This document shows positions 8,251-12,147 of a stretch of DNA of 12,147 nt, one piece after another. The position numbers were made by a program, and so were the translations under genes. Under the pieces are notes generated by a model. The model was not told the origin of the DNA and did not search any database. It worked only from the letters and a program-made list of their open reading frames with translations. Position 1 is the first letter of the stretch. Each line of letters begins with the position of its first letter. Source of the stretch: a virus (Duplodnaviria; Heunggongvirae; Uroviricota; Caudoviricetes); the IMG/VR virus record IMGVR_UViG_2778261218_000003; one strand, given 5' to 3'.

Positions 8251-9020
8251 AATTACCAAAAAGACTCTATTATCCGCTACCTGAAGCAGCAGAAAAGTTA
8301 AGCTGTGCAATAAAAGATCTTTATCATTACGCATATATAGGTGCTCTTGATATTTCTGTATATATACCAAAAATTGATGCTAAAAAATTCAATTTATCAT
8401 TATGTCATTTTATCAATGGTTGTAATGAGGAAGAATTAATAAAATATCCGTTCAATGATGAATCTGTTGTTTTTGGCAGTAATTTTACAGTTGGTTTAAC
8501 TGGTGACTCTGAATTTTTAGATAGTGCTATTATTGGTCCGGTAGGGAATTCTATAAAATGTTATTATGTTAGCAGTTTGGAAGGGTTTTATTATACTCCA
8601 GCAAATGTTTTTGCTGATGCTGAATTTAGCATGAGACAATATATAAAATGTTCTCATCTTACGAATAGGTATGGTGATGATAATCTCATGTATGTTTTTT
8701 GTAAGGGTGGTTATGAGTTTGATGTTAACTATTTGTGTGTGATGGCTAGTGATTTAGATAATATAAAAAATACGGGAGACTTCCCGAAGCTAACAGAAGA
8801 TAGCCCAAAAGCATCGTCAAAAAGGAATGAGGTTATTTACTCTTTAATTAAACTTATTCCAGAAATGGGTGATGTAGACCTGGACACGGAATCATTACCT
8901 AAAATAGCGGATTTAATTGATTCTATAGCTGCATCCAGAGGGATAGAATTTCCCAAAACACACTGGCAGACATGGCAAAAGTATTTGGGGCGTGAACCTC
9001 AACAAAAACGTAAAAAGTGA
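8247..9020 (+). CDS. Hypothetical protein, AT-rich orphan cargo gene, no family recognised
   Basis: 257-aa ORF whose ATG overlaps the int stop (ATGA), with RBS AAGGTGG at 8235-8241. It is strongly AT-rich compared with both flanks (by eye, not computed). I recognise no catalytic motif. The N-terminus (KRLYYPLPEAAEKLSCAIKDLYHY) may be a small helix-turn-helix-like segment. Confidence 0.6.
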   Translation: MKLPKRLYYPLPEAAEKLSCAIKDLYHYAYIGALDISVYIPKIDAKKFNLSLCHFINGCNEEELIKYPFNDESVVFGSNFTVGLTGDSEFLDSAIIGPVGNSIKCYYVSSLEGFYYTPANVFADAEFSMRQYIKCSHLTNRYGDDNLMYVFCKGGYEFDVNYLCVMASDLDNIKNTGDFPKLTEDSPKASSKRNEVIYSLIKLIPEMGDVDLDTESLPKIADLIDSIAASRGIEFPKTHWQTWQKYLGREPQQKRKK

Positions 9021-9047
9021 TATCACGTGCTGATAGTGTGATATCAC
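9017..9047 (+). promoter_or_regulatory. Two copies of the perfect 10-bp palindrome GTGATATCAC, 21 bp apart (operator-like)
   Basis: GTGATATCAC at 9017-9026 and 9038-9047, each self-complementary, with centres two helical turns apart. They sit in the short spacer upstream of alpA. Confidence 0.45.
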
Positions 9048-9077
9048 ACACACCACATTTCATCACCGCCTACAATC

Positions 9078-9109
9078 GCCCTCGTTCTATAACGTTCGAG
9101 GGCTTTTTT
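9078..9109 (+). terminator. Terminator-like hairpin abutting the alpA start codon
   Basis: Stem GCCCTCG (9078-9084) / CGAGGGC (9097-9103), 12-nt loop, then TTTTTT (9104-9109) running directly into the alpA ATG at 9110. Confidence 0.45.
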
Positions 9110-9334
9110 ATGAACCAATACAAACAATCCCAATTACCAGCAGATCGAGTAATCCGTGAGGATGAATGTCGAAACTTAACAGGTGTTAGCCGTACCACAC
9201 GCTACGAACTGGAGAAAAAAGGGAATTTCCCGTCACGCCGTAATCTGGGTGGTCGTTCAGTAGGTTGGCTGCTTTCCGAAGTTATGGAATGGGTGCAAAG
9301 CCGTGATCGCGTTAATTCAGGTAAGGCAGCGTAG
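9110..9334 (+). CDS. alpA: AlpA-family phage regulatory protein (small winged-HTH excisionase/activator)
   Basis: The track ORF (9017-9334) is trimmed to the ATG at 9110, giving 74 aa. The protein (MNQYKQSQLPADRVIREDECRNLTGVSRTTRYELEKKGNFPSRRNLGGRSVGWLLSEVMEWV) has the AlpA/Vis-type pattern and sits downstream of int as in CP4-57-like islands. Confidence 0.8.
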   Translation: MNQYKQSQLPADRVIREDECRNLTGVSRTTRYELEKKGNFPSRRNLGGRSVGWLLSEVMEWVQSRDRVNSGKAA

Positions 9335-9342
9335 GGGGAATA

Positions 9343-9471
9343 ATGGCACATAAAACAAAGGCGACCGTAAGAGGTCGCCAGTGGTACAGCACTAAACTTG
9401 AGCGCGTTCAGAATACCAATTTACTAACATCCCGCCAATGCGCTAACGGTATCCACCAGCAATCAACTTAA
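9343..9471 (+). CDS. Possible 42-aa small ORF between alpA and the ant-like gene
   Basis: Found by manual translation: MAHKTKATVRGRQWYSTKLERVQNTNLLTSRQCANGIHQQST, with RBS AGGGGG 4 nt upstream of the ATG at 9343. It contains hairpin copy 1. Coding status is uncertain. Confidence 0.25.
   Translation: MAHKTKATVRGRQWYSTKLERVQNTNLLTSRQCANGIHQQST
9349..9384 (+). repeat. Conserved hairpin element, copy 1
   Basis: ATAAAACAAAGGCGACC-GTAAGA-GGTCGCCAGTGG, with a 7-bp stem GGCGACC/GGTCGCC. Copy 2 at 10583-10619 has identical stem and flanks but a different loop. Confidence 0.6.
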
Positions 9472-9490
9472 TTTTATAGCAGGAGTTTTT

Positions 9491-10291
9491 ATGAAACAGC
9501 GAAAAACGCCCGTACAGGGGCAGGGCTTCGTTCGGCCTGAAAACCAGAATCTGCAAAATTTCGGCGAAATTATCCCGGTTATTTCCGGCATTATTGGCGG
9601 GTGTGAAACCAATATTGTTAGCGCCAGAGCGTTGCATAAGGCGTTAGGTGTAGGTCGCGTTTTCCGTTCGTGGATCAAGGGGCGCATTGAAGAATACGGC
9701 TTCACGGAAGGCGTGGATTATGAGGTTGTTGAATATTTGAGCCGACCCGATCCGGTGAGCGCAAAATCTCGCCAGCAAACAGCTCTTGAGTACATCATTA
9801 CCGTGAACATGGCGAAAGAACTGGCGATGGTCGAACGCACCGAACAGGGCCGCGCCGTTCGCCAGTACTTCATCAAATGCGAGGAGGAGCTACACAAGGT
9901 AGCGCCAGTGCGTTCCGCAGTGTTACGCCGGGAACTGAAAGCCCGTATCACAGTTGCCAGCTACTTTAAGCCAATGTGTGCCGCGCTGGAGGCGTACCGG
10001 GCTGAACTGGGTAAAAACACTCTACAGCACCACTACACCACGGAAGCCAATATGCTGGCGCGTATCGTGCTGGGCGGTATGACTGCCAGACAGTGGGCAC
10101 TGGCGAACGGCATTACAGGCGAACCACGCGACCACATGAGCACGTTGCAGCTTGAGCACCTTTCTTACCTTGAGCAGAGCAATATCACGCTGATTGAGTT
10201 AGGCCAGGGCTACCACCAGCGGAAAGCTGAATTAATTCGTCTTTCGCAGCGTTGGTTAGCCCGTCGCATGGAGGAAAACAGCCATGTGTAA
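9491..10291 (+). CDS. Phage antirepressor-like protein (AntA N-terminal region plus KilAC/ANT-type region)
   Basis: 266-aa ORF with RBS AGGAG at 9481-9485. The N-terminal segment (NIVSARALHKALGVGRVFRSWIKGRIEEYGFTEGVDY) resembles the AntA domain. The central segment (TALEYIITVNMAKELAMVERTEQGRAVRQYFIKCEEEL) resembles the KilAC domain. Both are from memory of those families. Confidence 0.7.
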   Translation: MKQRKTPVQGQGFVRPENQNLQNFGEIIPVISGIIGGCETNIVSARALHKALGVGRVFRSWIKGRIEEYGFTEGVDYEVVEYLSRPDPVSAKSRQQTALEYIITVNMAKELAMVERTEQGRAVRQYFIKCEEELHKVAPVRSAVLRRELKARITVASYFKPMCAALEAYRAELGKNTLQHHYTTEANMLARIVLGGMTARQWALANGITGEPRDHMSTLQLEHLSYLEQSNITLIELGQGYHQRKAELIRLSQRWLARRMEENSHV

Positions 10292-10726
10292 CGCTCTGAC
10301 CGTTACAAAAAGAGAAAGCGCCCCGTTGCCGGAGCGCCTTTGTGAACGAATAGCCTACTGCGCCATATTGCTTACTGTCTACGAGGCAGATTATAGCGTT
10401 GTGGTCGCACAGAGTGAAGGCGCTGATCACCGTTACTACAGCACACCAGAAATGCAGAATATTTTGCTGCAAAATGTCGTTGGTCACGCTGTCCGGAAAG
10501 CAAAAAATTTTGCTGGTGGCGCGACTGATGCGATTTTGTCAGGTAGCCAGGTGCTGATCAATCTGATGTCTGGTTTCGTTCTGGATAAAACAAAGGCGAC
10601 CGCAGAGGGTCGCCAGTGGGTATTACGGCAAATCAAACCTGAATGCATCGCCAACAATGCTGCATTTGTGGCTGGTGGGCAAATCTTTAGTGGAATTTTT
10701 TCCCTGTTGCCTGCACTGGGTAATGG
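10284..10726 (+). CDS. Hypothetical ORF coupled to the ant-like gene; 3' end undefined
   Basis: ATG at 10284 overlaps the ant stop (ATGTGTAA) and is preceded by GGAGG. The first ~150 codons look protein-like, but the frame has no stop until 12080 and runs antisense through three minus-strand genes. The true extent is unknown; it may be a truncated or fused gene remnant. The end coordinate is arbitrary. Confidence 0.3.
10583..10619 (+). repeat. Conserved hairpin element, copy 2
   Basis: ATAAAACAAAGGCGACC-GCAGAG-GGTCGCCAGTGG, same stem and flanks as copy 1, with loop substitutions only. Confidence 0.6.
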
Positions 10727-10909
10727 TTACTTGTATCGCGTATTCCTGCACAAAACAGGACTGCTTTTTTTGATGAAATCCTCAAGCAAAAAACACTCTG
10801 TTGATGCTCTTGGTAATTCTCTGGTGGAAGGATGGGGTTTTATCCCCCATTTTCGTTTACGTTCTTCCAGAAAGGAGGTGAGTATATCTAGTTTCTGTGC
10901 GTCCATCAT
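10727..10909 (-). CDS. Small hypothetical protein (60 aa), distal gene of the minus-strand operon
   Basis: ORF MMDAQKLDILTSFLEERKRKWGIKPHPSTRELPRASTECF... with a weak RBS (AAGAG). Its position in a same-strand array after the RHH gene supports it modestly. Confidence 0.3.
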   Translation of the reverse strand: MMDAQKLDILTSFLEERKRKWGIKPHPSTRELPRASTECFLLEDFIKKSSPVLCRNTRYK

Positions 10910-10966
10910 TTTTCTCTTGGATACTGCTTTGTGCCATGGATCCTCACACCACGGCGCTGATAGTGG

Positions 10967-11146
10967 TTATTTCTGCTCTTCAACATCACCATGTCGTGAT
11001 GTTTTCCAGGTATATAGCCCCATTTTTGTGCGCTTGTGCGTTTTAAGAAATTGCTCAAGGTGGAAGGTTTTAACCTTTCCCTGTTCGGTTTCTTGTGCAA
11101 TTTCTTTCGCCATTTGCTGGGCTAAAAAATCTTTTAATTTAGGCAT
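10967..11146 (-). CDS. Small hypothetical protein (59 aa), second gene of the minus-strand operon
   Basis: Below the ORF-track size cutoff; found by manual translation: MPKLKDFLAQQMAKEIAQETEQGKVKTFHLEQFLKTHKRTKMGLYTWKTSRHGDVEEQK. RBS AGGGGG lies 7 nt upstream and it has balanced, charged, helical composition. It starts 70 nt after the RHH gene stop. Confidence 0.45.
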   Translation of the reverse strand: MPKLKDFLAQQMAKEIAQETEQGKVKTFHLEQFLKTHKRTKMGLYTWKTSRHGDVEEQK

Positions 11147-11215
11147 GGTTCGCCCCCTGCTTACAGTCTGGCGCTCGAGTTCCTTAGGCTCTGGCGCGAA
11201 TGGTGATTATTCTGG

Positions 11216-11515
11216 CTACCCTTTGGCCTTGCGCCGCTGGAGTTCTTCACGAGCAACGGAAACAAGCTGCTCTATATTTTCGGCGAGTTCGACCCCTATT
11301 TTTTCCATTTGTTCCAGCGCATCGAGCGAAGAAACCAGGGGATTTTCTCCGCTTCCTTCTGCCTGGCGGCGGGCGATCTCACCGCGTACAGCCGTAACTA
11401 TAAAATTCGCTTTAGTTTCCCCTGGCTGTAGGGATGCCTCAATGCCACTCACTACTTCATGTGGAAATCTGGCATTCAGTTGCTGTGACTTATTGTTAAC
11501 AGAACTCGTGGACAT
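11216..11515 (-). CDS. Ribbon-helix-helix (Arc/MetJ/CopG-like) DNA-binding protein, possibly YlcI/YnfO-like
   Basis: The track ORF (11216-11692) is trimmed to the ATG at 11515, which has a strong RBS (GGAGGTG). The 99-aa protein (MSTSSVNNKSQQLNARFPHEVVSGIEASLQPGETKANFIVTAVRGEIARR...) has the beta-strand then helix pattern of RHH regulators at its N-terminus. It faces an operator-rich divergent region. Confidence 0.65.
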   Translation of the reverse strand: MSTSSVNNKSQQLNARFPHEVVSGIEASLQPGETKANFIVTAVRGEIARRQAEGSGENPLVSSLDALEQMEKIGVELAENIEQLVSVAREELQRRKAKG

Positions 11516-11558
11516 GTTTGCACCTCCGATTAATAACGGGATGCAGTGTAATACAAAA

Positions 11559-11614
11559 GTGAATACCAAAAAAGACTTGAAATGGTATTCACCAAAATGT
11601 AATCTGAATACCAC
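11559..11614 (+). promoter_or_regulatory. Operator-like repeats in the divergent control region
   Basis: Perfect 10-bp inverted repeat GTGAATACCA (11559-11568) / TGGTATTCAC (11583-11592) with a 14-bp spacer, plus a third half-site TGAATACCAC at 11605-11614. They lie between the RHH gene start (11515, minus) and the plus-strand gene at 11715. Confidence 0.5.
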
Positions 11615-11714
11615 AAGGGCTGATACATGCAATTCAGCAATTGAAACGACGAAGCCCCGCACTGTTGGAGCAGTAACGGGGCTTCTAACCAAACCGTTAA
11701 CAGGAGTAACGATT

Positions 11715-12080
11715 ATGGCTGGAACACAGCATACCCAAACTCACCCTAAATTTATATACACCTTCTTGGCGGTGCACCGTGATTGCATAGCTGACGGTAA
11801 AAACACTGTACACGTAGCCGCCGATACGCTGGTTGATGCCTGCGAGATGCTCAATGACATGGGCTATATCTCGGCAACATGGAAAGGGCGCGAAGAAAAC
11901 ACGCTGTTTATTCAGAAATGCGAGAACAATTTTATCTGGCGTTTTATCGCCCTGAGTACAGCACAACCGCGCGTGATTCACATCGAGGCCACCAGCGAAC
12001 AGGAAGCCCGCCAGCAATCTCCTGATGGCTGCGTGATGGTATTCGCTGCCCGTATTCGCCAGGAGGTGGAACATGTGTAA
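11715..12080 (+). CDS. Hypothetical protein (121 aa), first gene of the rightward operon
   Basis: ATG at 11715 with RBS AGGAG at 11702-11706 (MAGTQHTQTHPKFIYTFLAVHRDCIADGKNTVHVAAD...). It is in frame with, and forms the 3' part of, the 598-aa track ORF. I prefer it to the overlapping minus ORF 11697-12116, which is Cys/His-rich and low-complexity. Confidence 0.55.
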   Translation: MAGTQHTQTHPKFIYTFLAVHRDCIADGKNTVHVAADTLVDACEMLNDMGYISATWKGREENTLFIQKCENNFIWRFIALSTAQPRVIHIEATSEQEARQQSPDGCVMVFAARIRQEVEHV

Positions 12081-12147
12081 TGCAACATGGCCTGATGCAG
12101 CGGTAGACGCTATCAAAACGCTGATGGATTCACTTATTGAGATTTCT
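12073..12147 (+). CDS. Hypothetical protein, 5' fragment (continues beyond window)
   Basis: ATG at 12073 overlaps the upstream stop (ATGTGTAA) and follows RBS AGGAGGTGG at 12061-12069. Only 25 codons are visible (MCNATWPDAAVDAIKTLMDSLIEIS). Confidence 0.3.
   Translation, partial: MCNATWPDAAVDAIKTLMDSLIEIS

Larger units (their letters stand above)
6842..12147 (+). mobile_element. Integrative genomic island (P4/CP4-57-like: int, cargo gene, alpA, ant-like, regulatory module), left end only
   Basis: An abrupt break in a conserved chromosomal element at 6841/6842, followed by an AT-rich repeat region, a tyrosine integrase, an AlpA-family gene, an antirepressor-like gene and small regulator genes. 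The right end lies beyond the window. Confidence 0.8.

Noticed and set aside
9017-9334. 105-aa extended form of alpA
   Set aside because: The N-terminal extension would read through the twin palindromes and the terminator-like hairpin. AlpA-family proteins are about 70 aa, consistent with the ATG at 9110.
9326-9338. 10-nt match (CAGCGTAGGG) to the missing 3' half of the thiM riboswitch, as a possible relocated fragment
   Set aside because: A match of this length is expected by chance given the number of 10-mers compared, and the flanking sequence does not extend the similarity.
9443-10487. Minus-strand ORFs 9443-9637, 9463-9705, 9718-9951 and 10185-10487
   Set aside because: They are antisense to the ant-like gene and to the start of the 10284 ORF, with Cys/Arg-rich low-complexity products.
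10906-11100. 64-aa minus-strand ORF from the track
   Set aside because: It overlaps, in another frame, the 59-aa ORF at 10967-11146, which has a better RBS and more protein-like composition. This is a preference, not a certainty.
10284-12080. 598-aa ORF as a single large protein
   Set aside because: Its middle third is low-complexity antisense to three better-supported minus-strand genes, and its 3' third is an independent gene with its own RBS and ATG at 11715.
11697-12116. 139-aa minus-strand ORF
   Set aside because: It is Cys/His-rich and low-complexity, and fully overlaps a plus-strand gene that has a canonical RBS and is translationally coupled to the next gene.
1-12147. CRISPR array or rRNA genes
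   Set aside because: There are no regularly spaced direct repeats with unique spacers and no rRNA-like conserved tracts. The only tandem repeats are the short 12-mers at 6971-6994.

Overview
The window has two parts. Bases 1-6841 are an Enterobacteriaceae (E. coli-type) chromosomal segment: a four-gene chaperone-usher fimbrial operon (yehD, yehC, yehB, yehA on +), then rcnB and rcnA (nickel/cobalt efflux, on -), the RcnR operator pair, rcnR (+), and the 5' half of the thiM thiamine-pyrophosphate (TPP) riboswitch. At 6841/6842 the riboswitch is interrupted by a horizontally acquired integrative island that runs past the window end. The island carries a P4/CP4-57-type tyrosine integrase, an AT-rich orphan gene translationally coupled to it, an AlpA-family regulator, an AntA/KilAC antirepressor-like gene, a minus-strand operon led by a ribbon-helix-helix protein, and a divergent operator-rich control region. 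The most interesting signals are the riboswitch-targeted insertion, the unrecognised AT-rich cargo gene in the int-alpA slot, a conserved hairpin repeat bracketing the ant-like gene, and a cluster of Chi octamers confined to the island. Gene names for the chromosomal part are recalled from the E. coli K-12 map, not searched. I found no rRNA, tRNA or CRISPR array. The 598-aa ORF in the supplied track (10284-12080) is almost certainly not one protein.
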